Below are positions 12,346 to 24,747 of a DNA stretch of 64,000 bases, one piece after another. The notes beneath the pieces were generated by a model. It saw nothing but the letters and a program-made list of their open reading frames with translations. It did no database searches and was not told the origin of the DNA. The position numbers and the translations under genes were made by a program. Numbering within the stretch: position 1 is the first letter of the stretch; each line of letters starts with the position of its first letter. The DNA comes from Felis catus (lineage: Eukaryota): contig NC_058368.1 of NCBI RefSeq assembly GCF_018350175.1, positions 185,010,001-185,074,000 on the forward strand, read 5' to 3'.

Positions 12346-13049
12346 AAACAAAACTAAGGGAGAGTCCCAATTAGATAATTCTCCATGATTTATTTGATGA
12401 ATACTGATTAGGAGGCATTTTACTAAGTACTTTTAGCTATCTGAAGATTAAGTCATAGTCCTTATCTTCAAGGAGTTTACATAGTAAAGGTCATTGTTTC
12501 CCTGGTAGAGATTCATTCTATAAATCACTGAACAAATTCATATGCTGCTAACATATATTTCAAATTGAACTTATCCTAAAAAATATAGAAACAGACTGAC
12601 AGACAGGAAAAAAATGGTTTGGGATTGGACTGTTAAAGACACAGATTTATGGTGTTCTAGAAAGCTGAGCAGTTGCCCTAAGACCCACAGTTATTTTGAT
12701 CACATGGCCTTAAAAATCTCAGATTTCCTCTGCTATGTGACTCCAGAAGGGGACTTAAACTCTCTAAGCTTTAACTAAAACATCTGAAAAATGGAGGTTT
12801 TGGGTGGAATCTAGCTACTGATTCCAACTGATTCTGGATCTGAATGACATGGCCATATAACTATGGCCAACTAATTGCCGAAAGGAAGGACACAGACCCC
12901 ATGTGGGCTGTTTCTTCTTGGTAGCATTTTCTTGGGGAGGTTGGAAGACTACAGTACATGTCACAATGTGAAGTGTTAATTGTTCATTTATTGTCTTGTC
13001 CAGTTACTGTTGTAATAAGCCCTTTGATACAATTGTTAAAAACATTCCA

Positions 13050-13190
13050 AAAAATACCCTATGTTATAGGTATTTTACCCCCCCCCCCCTTTTACAGATG
13101 AACAAACTGAAGTTTAGAGAATCCAAGGTCATTTTTCAAGTCAATAGCAGAGCCTGATTTTGAACCTGAGTTTGTGCTCTCTCCATTATA
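13050..13190 (-). mobile_element. MIR
   Basis: ttttacagatgaacaaactgaagtttagaga core. Confidence 0.75.
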
Positions 13191-13384
13191 CCCAAGGAAA
13201 GCCCAATCGCAGGCAAAGGGATAGATGACGTTTAGAGATCTCTTCTGGTACTTTTAGGAAGAACTACCTAAATGGGACATTTGTTATAATCTGGAATGGT
13301 TGCTAAGAGGAGCTGTAAGGCCTTTAAAAACAGAATAGCTATTTAGCCAGACGGGAGAAAAGAGAAATCAGGCAGAACAAGGCA

Positions 13385-13635
13385 CTAGCATTCACTGAGT
13401 GCATACTTTGTGCTAGACTCCACACTACACACTTTGAGACATCTCATTTAAGTCTGCCAACAAAACTTTAGAAGGAAGTGTGACTATTCCCTCATAGATT
13501 GGGGGTGTCAGTCCTGACAAAGAAAGCAGAGCCTAGAAGTTAAGGAATTTGCGCTTGGACAGCTAGCTGGTAAGTAGCAGAGCTGACATTCAGACTCCCA
13601 TTTCTTCAAACCCCAAACCTGGGCTGTTTCCACCA
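13385..13635 (-). mobile_element. MIR
   Basis: atctcatttaa...aagttaaggaatttgc...agtagcagagctg. Confidence 0.65.
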
Positions 13636-15049
13636 AGAGAAGCCATGTTTTAGACAGGAAGATCGATGATTTCTAGATGTTTCTTTTGTTCCTAGTAATT
13701 TGTTATTTTATTTTATTATTTTTGTTTTGCCCTTTGGTCATCTGTTTTAATTTTTTATTTCTGTATTCATTATTTTTCACATATACAAAACATAGCTGAT
13801 ATATGTTTTCCTTCCTTTACTTTTTGCTCAGCTCATTTAATATACCCTTTTTTTCCCTTTGGTTTTCCCTTTGCTGTCTATGACCAAAGGCTGATTGATG
13901 AAAAGTTAACAGTTCTCTAGTTAACATATTAAATAGACTTTTATCCCTCCTGCCAGTGTTGAGGCAACTAATTATCATCCCTGTTTGGGAGCAAGGAAAG
14001 TTGACCTCAGAGAGACCAACAGAGCCCTTCAAAGAGAAAATGAAGAAGTGGGGTCTCCCAACTCCCTCAGCTCCAAGCCAATCTGATATAATTGCCTGAG
14101 AACAAGGACTCAAGTACTTGGAGTCTTCACAGATAGAAAGCCTCAGAAATAATGATTCCAGCAAATCAGGGCTCATGAATATGCAGCTTATTTCTGCTTA
14201 GAGACACTTGAGTTATCGAAATTAAAAATACAAAATTATGGATTGCAAAGAAAGCGGCAGGGATTTTTTTTATTTTAACAATTGGAAAATATCACTGGAA
14301 ATGAAGTCTTCCTGCCAACATGAAGCACATTATAATCATGCCAGGGAAATGATGCTTTTCTAAATGCTTGTTTTAAATAGATTTTTCCCCAAAATTCTGT
14401 TTAAAGATAGACTACGGAAGCTTTAACTCATATGATTTTTCTTTTTGTGGATTTCAATTTCAAGGTTATTCATTTTGGGACAGAGTCTAATACCATCTCA
14501 TTCACAAGATGTTTCCTATAGTTAGCATCTACCCTCGAAAGCCCTGAACTAACGCAACTTGATTTTGGTGTCTTTTTCTTTCAGAGGTACCTCCCTTTTT
14601 TCCAGGATCTCCTTGGGTGATTCTAAACCGAGTGTGGCAAAGACCTTCCATTCTTTAGGCTTGACCTCCCAGACCTTATGCCATGCTTAGACCATATCTT
14701 CTTCCCCTTCTAGTCCATCAAAGTGAGTTGTTTTGTACTGTTTTTATTCCGGATCTTTTGAGGCAATGTGGTTAGTAAACATAAATGTACATGTAAATGT
14801 TTTATAATTTGTTACGTTACTCTTGTTTTTTTACAAGTTAATTTCACAAACCCCATTTTCAAATGTCTGGACTTGCAACACCAGGCTGCTACCATGTGGT
14901 TAAAATTGTTTTGATTATGTGGGTTGAACTACTAGACGTAAGAACGCAAAACGAAAATCACTCATTTAAAATTATGTGTGTATATGTGTGTGTGCGTGTG
15001 TGTGTGTTTGAGGAAATAACTAAAACAAAGCACAGGATTTAGTAATATA

Positions 15050-15250
15050 GAGGATGTTTGGCAGATATATAGCAGATGTTTTTCCATTTTCCTCTCCATT
15101 GACTATGGCAAATATTTCTAACAGCCAAGACATCCTTTTCTGACTAAGTTAGGATGAGACCTCAGAACCCTTCCTAACATAGCACCTGAAGCAGTCTATA
15201 GCAATTAATAGGAACTAGCATTTGGGATAAAATCATGTATGTTTCTTAAT
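15050..15250. mobile_element. MER102-like hAT MITE
   Basis: ggcagatatat...ccattgactatggca...cctcagaacccttc motifs recalled from the MER102 consensus. Confidence 0.55.
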
Positions 15251-16186
15251 ATAGAACAAGCTCAAAATAGCAGTAACAAACCAAGGCTTTAAGCCGTCAG
15301 GCTGGTAAGCTGCTGCTGGGATGGATGTAGGAATGAGACAGAGATGACCTTCAGGGGTGAAGTCAAGGTAGGATAACAATGTGGTATGAATAGAGTAATT
15401 CAAATGAAGCAAATTTCGAAACTGAGAGGCAGTGTGAAGGGTGGGATCCTAGGGAAGGTTGGTATTGCAGACAGGCAATGCCAATCCTGAAGTGACAGGA
15501 GTGTCATCTGGGGGAACTATGTAGGGTTGGGAAGGAGATAGAGCTAAAATTGAAGGGATTCCTTGAGGCTTTGCAGTCTTATTTCTGTTCCTAGCCTATT
15601 GACCTCAAAACCTTTTCCAAATGCTCACCATCTACTTACATAAGACACCTTGGCATTTGCCATTTTGAATGCCAGTTTAGCATCATAGTTTAGCATCATC
15701 TATTATGCTCTTTGCATTCCTAAGTGGGCTTCTGCAATTGGGTAAATAGCCCTGTTTTCTAAAAAAAGACAACAGAGACAAGAACAGGACCACATGCATC
15801 TCCTCGAACCCTCTCGTTTCTTGAAGGATGCAGATAAGATTACTTAACTGCATTTAATATGCCTGCCTGTAACCCCAAATGAGGTTGAAATGACAATAAG
15901 TCTCAAACTTTCTAGGCTGCCTTAGGACCAGTTGAGAACTGCTTTCACTGCATCCTGCTTCTTGCTACCTATTTGGGAAACCATTAAATTTCATGTTCCG
16001 ATTGACCAAAACATAGGAGCTAGGGACCAAATAGTTCTGCCAAAACTAAACATTTGCTTATATAAGAAACTTGTTGGAGTTATGGGGTCAGGGATATCAG
16101 CTTTATAATCTCTTTAGTAAAAGTCCGATTCCCTTTCTTGTCTGAGTGGGATTTCAATGTATCTGGAATGGAAAAGTTGAAAAATA

Positions 16187-16392
16187 GGGGCACCTGGGTG
16201 GCTCAGTCGGTCAAACCTCCGACTTCAGCTTAGGCCATGATCTGGCAGTTCGTGGGCTCAAGTCCCACATCAGGCTCTGTGCTGACAGCTCAGAGCTTGG
16301 AGCCTGCTTCGGATTCTGTGTCTCCCTCTCTCTCTGCCCTTCCCTGGCTCATGTGCTGTCTCTCTCTCCTTCAAAAATAAACATTAAAAAAA
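16187..16392 (+). mobile_element. Can-SINE
   Basis: Full SINEC; TSD-like aaaagtt(g/a)aaaa. Confidence 0.95.
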
Positions 16393-16943
16393 AAAGTTAA
16401 AAAGTCTGGATATTCTCCCAGGCAGCTACTGGTCTTGACATTCACCTGACACAGGCACATAGATAGATGGTTTGAATTGCTGTATTTGCTTTTCCAATGT
16501 CATCTCTACCCTGCCTCCCCAACCCCCCCCCCCCCCCCCCAACTACCACTTTCGTAAGAAGAAACATGAACCCACATGGAACTGAAAGGGAAAAGTCAGT
16601 CACACACTGAAATCCACATTGTGTCCAGATTGTTTATTAGATAGTCCCAGGTTAGGGGAGGAAAATCCTGCCTTTGTATGGTCTCTTCTCTATGGGCCAA
16701 TGAACAGAGACTGATGGAGGTGTTAAGCCTTGTTGGTCAAAGTGGATCTAAACTCCTTTACTTGAAATCAGGTTTACTTCACAATGATCAACCAAAGTCT
16801 AGGACTGAGACCACTATCTGGATACTTTAGGTACCGTACCAGGAAGGAACCTAATTTTGCTTCCACTAATCTGATTTTACTGAATAAAACATAGGAGAAT
16901 CTTTGGCCTCTGTTGTAAAGATATTTAAACTTTTATTTCTGAC

Positions 16944-17171
16944 TTTTTTTTTTTAATTTTTTTTTCAACGTTTATTTATTTTTTTTGGGACAGAGAGAGA
17001 CAGAGCATGAATGGGGGAGGGGCAGAGAGAGAGGGAGACACAGAATCAGAAACAGGCTCCAGGCTCTGAGCCATCAGCCCAGAGCCTGACGCGGGGCTCG
17101 AACTCACGGACCGCGAGATCGTGACCTGGCTGAAGTCGGATGCTTAACCGACTGCGCCACCCAGGTGCCCC
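16944..17171 (-). mobile_element. Can-SINE, young CpG-rich subfamily
   Basis: Diagnostic GCGCAGTCGG / CAGCCAGGTCACG / GGGCTGATGGC; TSD atttctgactttt. Confidence 0.96.
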
Positions 17172-17319
17172 TAATTTCTGACTTTTACTTGGTCTGGGGA
17201 GAATAGACTAAACCATTTTTTTTTATTAAGATGAATGCAATAATTACAGATTAAGTTTCTCAGAGATAAAACATTCCCTCTTTTATTTCTACTCCTATGA
17301 TGTGAAGTTGCTTGCTTAG

Positions 17320-17577
17320 CATATTAGTTTTTTACAATTGGTGTAACAAAGTACTTCCAATTAGGTGGCTTAAAAAAAAAACAGAGGTTTATTATTGCAC
17401 AGTTCTGGGAGTTCGGAGGCCAAGATCAAGTGTCAGCTTGGTTGGTTTCTTCTGAAACCATGAGGGAGAATATGATCCATGCCTCTTTCCCAGTTTCTGT
17501 AGTTTTCCAGCAGTCTTTGATATTCCCTGGCTTGTTAGAAGCATCTCCCTGCTCACTACCTTTATCTTCACATAGCA

Positions 17578-17624
<47 letters not shown>

Positions 17625-17805
17625 ACTCCAAATTTCCCCTTTTCATAAGGATACTAGTCATATTAGATTAGAGCCCATGTTAATGACTTTGTTATAAATT
17701 AAGTACCTCTTAAAGACCCTATCAGTAAATAAGGTTACATTCTCAGGTAAGGGAGGTAAGGACTTAATGTATGAATTTTGGGAGGACACAGTGAAACCTG
17801 TGATA
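17320..17805 (-). mobile_element. MaLR LTR (MLT1B/C-like) with internal (GT)n
   Basis: cacagttctgggag...ccaagatcaag; aaatttcccctttt-cataaggata; (GT)~20 at 17580-17620. Confidence 0.85.
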
Positions 17806-18364
17806 CTCAATTATATTGTGTGGATTGCTTATATACATGTGCATATATGACTGTAAAACCCAAATCACAATCAAAATACCATTGCTTTCATTAAGAGGAA
17901 CTTTTCAAATATATTTTCCTCTTCCTAATTTGAAGTGAGACAGTCAGAATTTATCAATGTCTATCCAGTATTGTGTTGGAACTGTGTAGTAATCCTTTTT
18001 CCTCTCTGGGAAATAGAACTGGATGGACAGCTGGCTTCAGAGTTTGCATGAAGAGTACATAATCCTACTTATGTAACCCATCGTGTTTGCAAAATCTGCA
18101 CTGCAGTTTTTGAGAGGGAATGAGATGTTTGAAAATAAAATCTGCTGTGCAGGAGTGGAAAATGTATCCATTCTTCACATTATTTTTGTTGTCTTTATTT
18201 TTATTTTGCATTCTCAAGAGGTATGTATCCTTGCTTGAATGCTTTGCCTTTGCTACACATGTAAGGAATTCAGAAAAAGTGAGATGTGGCACTAGGTCTA
18301 TTCATTGACCTTCTTTGTGATCTGTAAGTTGTTTAGCCCCTCAAGGATTATGATATCTTAAATC

Positions 18365-18564
18365 TTTTTTTTTTTTTTTTTTTTTTTTGTTAAAGAGGGA
18401 GAATGAGTAGGGGAGAAGGGCAGAGGGAGAGAGTGAGAGAATCCCAAGCAGGTTCCACACTCAGCATAGAGCCTGATTGGGGGCTTTATCCCATGACCCT
18501 GGATTACAACTTGCACCAAAATCAAGAGTCAGATGCCCAATCAACTGAGCTACCCAGGTGTCCC
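18365..18564 (-). mobile_element. Can-SINE (older subfamily)
   Basis: gagaatcccaagcagg...aaatcaagagtc; TSD tatgat(a/t)tcttaa. Confidence 0.9.
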
Positions 18565-18780
18565 TATGATTTCTTAAGTCTTGAGTTAACCAGGCTAAAT
18601 AGAGGTGGGATGAGGAAAGAGTGCATTAGGAATGAATTGAAATTTTGCTGCCCTTAAAAGTCTGAGGGTTCATTGATTAAATTGTAATTCTGCAAAAACC
18701 AAAAACACAAAAAATGAGTCATTGTATCCATGTGCTAGGCATCTGTTTTTTCATATCTAGTTAGAATACTTTTACTCTCC

Positions 18781-18997
18781 TTTTTTTTAATGTTTATTTA
18801 TTTTTGAGACAGAGAGAGACAGAGCATGAGTGGAGGAGGATAGAGAGAGAGAGAGAAGGAGACACAGAATCCAAAAGTAGGCTCCAGGCTCAGAGCTGTC
18901 AGTGCAGAGCCTGACGTGGGGCTTGAACTCATGAGCTGTGAGATCATGACCTGAGCTGAAGTCAGACGTCCAACCAACTGAGCCACCCAGGTTCCCC
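18781..18997 (-). mobile_element. Can-SINE
   Basis: Full SINEC. Confidence 0.95.
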
Positions 18998-19019
18998 TAC
19001 TCTGCTTTTGATATACAGC

Positions 19020-19522
19020 ACTCTTATCCCTTCTTTTGTAGGAACTGTCATTCTTTCATTACAAGTGGTTCTTTTGGGGATGACAATGATAATAACTTAC
19101 TTCTTTGGGCACTGGCCAATCATATTACCCTATCAGCTAGTGAAAATGATTAGACAAAAGGTGGGCATATGAACAAGTCAACCAATCAGAGACCTTCCTT
19201 GGGATTTTAAATACTAGTAAGGAGGTTTTGTGAACAAGAATGTCTCCGTTTTGGGTTTACTAAGCTGGGATGACTTAGTCTTATCTGAAGTCATAGGCTC
19301 CTCAACATCTTATGACAGAAGCCTCTGTATGATAGGAAAGAATAACACACACATGACACACAGAAGGAAGGAGAGAGATAATGAAATTTTCATTTGAATT
19401 CTCGGAGGTCAGTTTCATGTCTGAACTTTTAAGTTTCTTGAGTCAATAAAGTTGTCTCATTGCTTAAGCTGATTTCAGTTGGTGTTCTGTCAGTTGCAAC
19501 AGAAATGATCTTTTTCTAATAC
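19020..19522 (+). mobile_element. ERVL LTR (LTR16-like)
   Basis: ccaatcagag; 3' end caataaag...gcttaagc...tctgtcagttgcaac...ctaataca. Confidence 0.7.
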
Positions 19523-19989
19523 AGTCAATAAAAAGTAAAAGCAGTAATACTTATATTAAAAGTTCAGGGTCTCTGCACTGCTAAGGAAAACTTTCTGCAG
19601 ATAACAATATTTGAAAGGTATTGGTAAATAATGTATTTTTCATAATTATATATTTTTAGAATTGAAGCTAGTATTTTTAATGGAGTTACTTTTCTTTCCT
19701 GTTACCACTTGGGATCTTACTTCTTAGTTTACTCTTGTGTTTCCTCATAATTTGAGGGAACATTCAGACTAGTATCCAGAGCTCTCAAAAGCCATCTGGA
19801 AGACAGAAGGTCTTTAAGATTATACTATACCATCTGAAATGCTTGTTTTCCAATTATCCTTTAGGACCAGCTGAAATGCTACCTTCCTTGCAAACTCCTC
19901 CAATTTGCTTAGTTAGAAATGGGTCTCCACCCATATATCCCCATAGCATTCTATGTCTTAGTGACACCAGCCCCATTCTGCCTTTTTTT

Positions 19990-20210
19990 TGTGTGTTCCA
20001 GTGTTATGTAATAAATCACCCCAAATTAGTGGCTTAAAATACCCACTATTTTATTATTTCTCATCATTTTGTTGGTCAAGAATTTGAATAGGATTTAACT
20101 GGGGGATTTTTCTCCATCTGCTGTTGACTGAAGTCACTTGATGGTATTAGCTGGTCTGGTTTTGAAGGTGGAAGACAATGTCACTCACCTGTGTGGTGCA
20201 CTGGAGGGGT
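19990..20210 (-). mobile_element. MaLR LTR fragment (MLT1G/H-like)
   Basis: tgtaataaatcaccccaaattagtggcttaaa motif. Confidence 0.65.
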
Positions 20211-20651
20211 TCCTATTGTCTCTTCTCTGCCTTTTTGGGTTCTCTTCTCCCTTACCTCTTGGCTTCATGCCTTAAAAAATACCCTTCCTTTTATTTGAGA
20301 AGAGTTTCTGGAGGGAGCATGTATTTAATCTAGTATTTTTACCTGGAAATCCCCCAAACCTAAGTTTACAAAGCACTTTCACATTCAGTTTCTATATTCT
20401 CTTTACAAGAACCTTTTGAGTATATTCCTTCATCTTTTAAGGAAGGAAAACTTAAAACAGACAAGGTAAGTGTTTTGGTATTGAAACTTTTTTGGTTTCA
20501 AGGAAAAGAAACTCAAGTCAGTGAAAGTAAATATCACGTGTCCATTTTCTTTAAATATCCTCATCAGCCTCCCAGTCTATACTTATGGTTTTGAAGGTTG
20601 CTTTAGGTACATCATCTAGATTCATCTGATTTCTGGAGCTGGGGTATTCAT

Positions 20652-21111
20652 TAGAATTCCCAGATAAAATAGAAGATGCCCAGTTAAATTTGATCTTCAG
20701 GTATACAACACATCCTTTTTAAATAAGGACATGTTTCAAATATTTCATGGAATACTCCTACTAAAATTAATTATTATTAATTATTGGGGTGCCTGGGTGG
20801 CTCAGTCGGTTAATCATCTGACTTTGTCTCAGGTCACGATCTTGCAGTTTGTGAGTTTGAGCCCAGCGTCGGTCTCTGTGTTGACAGCTGGGGGCCTGGA
20901 AGTGTGCTTCAGATTCTGTGTCTCCCTCTCTCTCTGCCCCTACCCTGCTCATTCTCTGTCTCTGTCTCTGTCTCTGTCTCTATCTCTGTCTCTCTGTCTC
21001 TTTCTCAAAACTAAATTTAAAAACATTAAAATTTTTTTAAAAAATTAATTTATCTAAAATTCAATGTATCTGGGCATTCAGTATTTTTATTTGCTAAATC
21101 TGGCAACTCTA
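20652..21111. mobile_element. MER53-like hAT MITE, interrupted by a SINE
   Basis: gcccagttaaatttga...tatttttatttgctaaatctggcaactcta. Confidence 0.8.
20786..21044 (+). mobile_element. Can-SINE with expanded (TCTCTG)n tract
   Basis: Full SINEC. Confidence 0.95.
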
Positions 21112-21354
21112 GTCTGCTTAGGTCAGCACAGGGTCTATTCTTGTGAAGACTGGTTGGATTTTATAAGAAAAATAAAACACCTCCTGGTGATTGGGTGTTG
21201 ACTATTTATAAACCTGGAACCATTCTTCAACAAAATCTATTTCCTTTTTAACTTTTCACCTTTACCTTGTTCCCTAACCACATGTAAACTGGATTGAGTA
21301 ATTTTCAAATTATTTTCCAGCAACACTGTCATTGCCATGCATTGCAGTAAAAAT

Positions 21355-21575
21355 GATAGCTCTCATAGCTGTCATTTATTGGGTTTTTACTGTATGTTAG
21401 GCATATTACTAAATGCTTTATATGTATTTCCTCACTTAATTCTTACACTAACAGTAGATAATATTAATATCACCTTATTTTAGAGGAGTGGGGATGGGGG
21501 CTGAGGGTCATAAAGCTTAAATGATTTGCCTGACTAGTTAGTAAGTGATGTAAGGGGCAGTGGAATAGTAGTGCC
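21355..21575 (-). mobile_element. MIR
   Basis: catttattgggtttttactgtatgttaggca...ttaattcttaca. Confidence 0.7.
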
Positions 21576-22269
21576 CCATCTTTTTCCTGAGAGCAGTCTT
21601 GAAAAAAAAAAAAGAAAGAAAGAAGGAGAGCCTGTGAATTAGTCTTCTGCATCTTACTGTGAATGTATTGGTAAGTTTTCTTTTCAGGGACTTTGAAATT
21701 TTATTTGTTTTGGCTATGAAAAGAATCCAGATCTCTAAGCTTATGGTCTCTTGTGCCATCACGGCACTATACCAACTCTCCTCTCTTAGTTGCTCATCTT
21801 TGCAGGCTTGTTGGACAAATTCAAATTCCAAAATAGAAGAGAAGAAGCAAGCCCAGAAGACATTGACTTGTACTTCATTCTCCCACAGAACAATGCTGGG
21901 TGGTTCTATTCTGCAGGACTAAGCCTGGAGACTCACTATATTCATTGTTCAAGGCAATTGATTCACCCTTGAGAAAGCAGGCTGGTAACTGAAGTTTGTT
22001 TACACAGTGACTCAGCCTCAGCCCAGAGTTAGGTAATAGATCTTTATTAACTTTACTTTCTTAGAAAAAGAACCGACTAAGTTCTAGATGTGGAATGGTT
22101 GCAGCATTTGGAGGTCCCTATAAAAACTTCAGATTTTGTCACTCAGCATTTTTAAAGATCCCTAGTATGACTTTTTTTTTCTCATTTTAGTCTTTCATCA
22201 CTAAAAGAAAAGAGATGCAGCTTTCCTTTTTTACTGAAATTTATCACCAATATCCTCTGGGTCTAGAAT

Positions 22270-22271
<2 letters not shown>

Positions 22272-22309
<38 letters not shown>
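22272..22309. repeat. (GT)n microsatellite
   Basis: Direct reading. Confidence 0.95.
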
Positions 22310-22313
<4 letters not shown>

Positions 22314-22369
22314 CCTCTAATAAGGCCTACTATGTGAAAATATTTTGCTAGACACATCCTTTCCCCAGG

Positions 22370-22606
22370 TTTTTTTTCAATTAAAAAAATTTTTAACATT
22401 TATTTACTTTTGAGAGAGACAGAGAGAGAAAGAGAAAGAGACAGAGCACAAGCAGGGGAGGGGCAGAGAGAGGGAGACACAGAATCTGAAGCAGGCTCCA
22501 GGATCCAAGCTGTCAGTACAGAGCCCCACATGGGCTCTGTGCGAACTGTGAGATCATGACCTGTGCTGTAGTCAGATGCTTAACCAACTAAGTCACCCAG
22601 GTGCAC
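22370..22606 (-). mobile_element. Can-SINE
   Basis: Full SINEC. Confidence 0.93.
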
Positions 22607-22654
22607 TGAGGTGTTTTTCTTTTTTTTAATTTTTGGGTATGTATTTATTTATTT

Positions 22655-22864
22655 ATTTATACATTTATTTATTTTTTTGAGAGATGGAAAGAGACAGCAT
22701 GAGCAGGGGAGGGGCTGAGAGAGAGGGAGACACAGAATCCGAAGCGGGCTCCAGGCTCCGTGCTGTCAGCGCAGAGCCTGATGCGGGGCTCAAACCCACG
22801 ACCCATGAGATCATGACCTGAGCCAAAGTCGGTTGCTTAACTGATTGAGCCACCCAGGCGCCCC
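22655..22864 (-). mobile_element. Can-SINE inserted in the A-tail of a short SINE
   Basis: Full SINEC flanked by tatt(t/c)attta. Confidence 0.93.
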
Positions 22865-22965
22865 TATTCATTTATTTTTAAGTAATCTCTACACCCAGTG
22901 TGGGGCTTGAACTCATGACCCTGAGATCAAGAGTTGCATGCTCTACTGAATGAGCCAGCCAAGTA
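22865..22965 (-). mobile_element. Short tRNA-Lys(CTT)-like carnivore SINE
   Basis: Minus strand: GGCTGGCTCATTCAGTAGAGCATGCAACTCTTGATCTCAGGGTCATGAGTTCAAGCCCCAC, then GTAGAGATTACTT and an A tail. Confidence 0.85.
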
Positions 22966-24324
22966 TATCTCCTCCACTCTTAACAAACATTTATTCTACA
23001 ATTTGAGATTGTAATTGAAAATGGAGTAGTAGAAGAGGCTGAGAGGTCTTTAAACAAAAGGACATTTAACTATTTCCAGATGGGTGGGGAACTGGGCCTC
23101 TTTATAATGGGCATGCTATATCTCTTTGTGTTGAATAACCATAGCTAATCTGAATATGTCTCTGCTTTGGGAGACAGGCTGCTGGAAAGACTAAGGATTG
23201 TTCAGGCCCTGGCACTAGTCAGCTGTGTGACTTTGAGAAATTCATGTAACATCACTGGATTTCAGTTTCTCATTTCCAAAGGAAAAGATTTGGGTTAGTT
23301 CACTGTTTTTCAAACTTCAGTTTCCACATGTTCTTTTTCATTTTTTTCATATGTCATTACACCTATACTACTATTGAGCTAACATTTATAAAATGGCTCT
23401 TTTTTCTTTTAACTGAGATTAAAATATGAGGGATGAAGATAACATTAAAATATTAAAAAATATAAAGAGAGAAGTAGGTAGGAGAAAATAGAGGAAAAGA
23501 GTTTTCCAGAACAGGTGAGGGGAAGACAGCTGGGCTTCCTGTAAGTTCTTAGGAAAAGAAGTTTGGGCTCAGAGATGAAGGGGATGGAATCTAGGGAATA
23601 GGGGGAATATCAAACTAAAGAGTGTTCTAAATTAAAGAGAGATCAGTAGGGACTTAAGAAAGAGGAATTTTGGAGAAGGAGGGCTATTGCCCGCCCACCA
23701 TGTTAAAGCATGCTATACTTTCCCTCAGTTACTTTTCCTAAATGCCATCCTACTGGAACACCGGGCCACAGCCATGCCTCCTTCAGGCTTATTGACCTGT
23801 AACCTGTCTGATCTGATCTTCCTTTCCTTAGGGAAGACGGTGGCTGATGGAAAGTGCAGCCTGGGAGTTGAGGCCCAGGAGGGAAAGGTTAAGGGGAACT
23901 CAGAGGTGAGAGCCAAGGATGCATGAGGTTGAGGAAGAGTCAGAGACATTCCGTATTGCTCAAGAATACATAGTTGGATTTGAACCCAGAGTTTTAGAAT
24001 AAATCTGGGCTTTAAGGTGTGCTTCCAGTTCTACTGTTCTATTCTACCTCTCTCTGCCTCCAACTTTTGCTACTCACTGAAGGGGAAAAAAAATTCTTAA
24101 TGAGAAAGTCAATTTGTAGGTTCCATGTTCCATGCCATTCAGTTTATAAACTTCCAAAGCAAAAATTCGCAAATCAAAAGATTGCCTATCTTTATTTTTG
24201 GCAGTTTTCCTCATCACAGTTATTTCTTGTAACCTAGTCCTTTTTTCATTATGCTCTTACATTCAAAATACAAGAGAGAAGGCTGGGAGAATTAAAGAAT
24301 AACTAAAATGGAACTTGACCTTGT

Positions 24325-24515
24325 GTGGTAGAATGTGCTCAGGTCTTGGAGTTAGAAGGCATGGATTTCAGTTTTGGTTCTATCACTTGCTATGCCATGG
24401 TTAAGTTATTTAAATTCTCCAAGTCTCCGTTTCTTCCAGTGTGCAATAATACTGATAATAATACCACCTCATGATGTTAAAAAGAAGGAAAAGATAAGAT
24501 GTCTGTGGGAGCATT
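24325..24515 (+). mobile_element. MIR
   Basis: tggagttagaaggcatggattt...aagttatttaa. Confidence 0.65.
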
Positions 24516-24517
24516 TT

Positions 24518-24747
24518 ATTTTTTAATTTTTTTATTAATTTTTTTTTACATTTTATTATTTATTTTTGAGAGGCAGAGCATGAGCGGGGGAGGGGCAGAG
24601 AGAGAAGGAGACAGAGTCTGAATCAGGCTTCAGGTTCTGAGCAAGCATTCAGCACAAAGTCCGATGTGGGGCTCAAATCCACAGACTGTGAGATCATGAC
24701 TTGAGCCGAAGTCGGACACTTAACCTACTGAGCCACCCAGGCACCCC
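24518..24747 (-). mobile_element. Can-SINE
   Basis: Full SINEC; TSD tgtgggag(c/a)atttt. Confidence 0.95.

Noticed and set aside
12850..12869. Hairpin TGGCCATA-TAAC-TATGGCCA
   Set aside because: An 8-bp stem is expected by chance in 64 kb.
15674..15699. 13-bp tandem repeat AGTTTAGCATCAT x2
   Set aside because: Ordinary micro-duplication with no further structure.
22890..22965. Functional tRNA-Lys gene
   Set aside because: Multiple substitutions, disrupted acceptor stem and a SINE-type tail.
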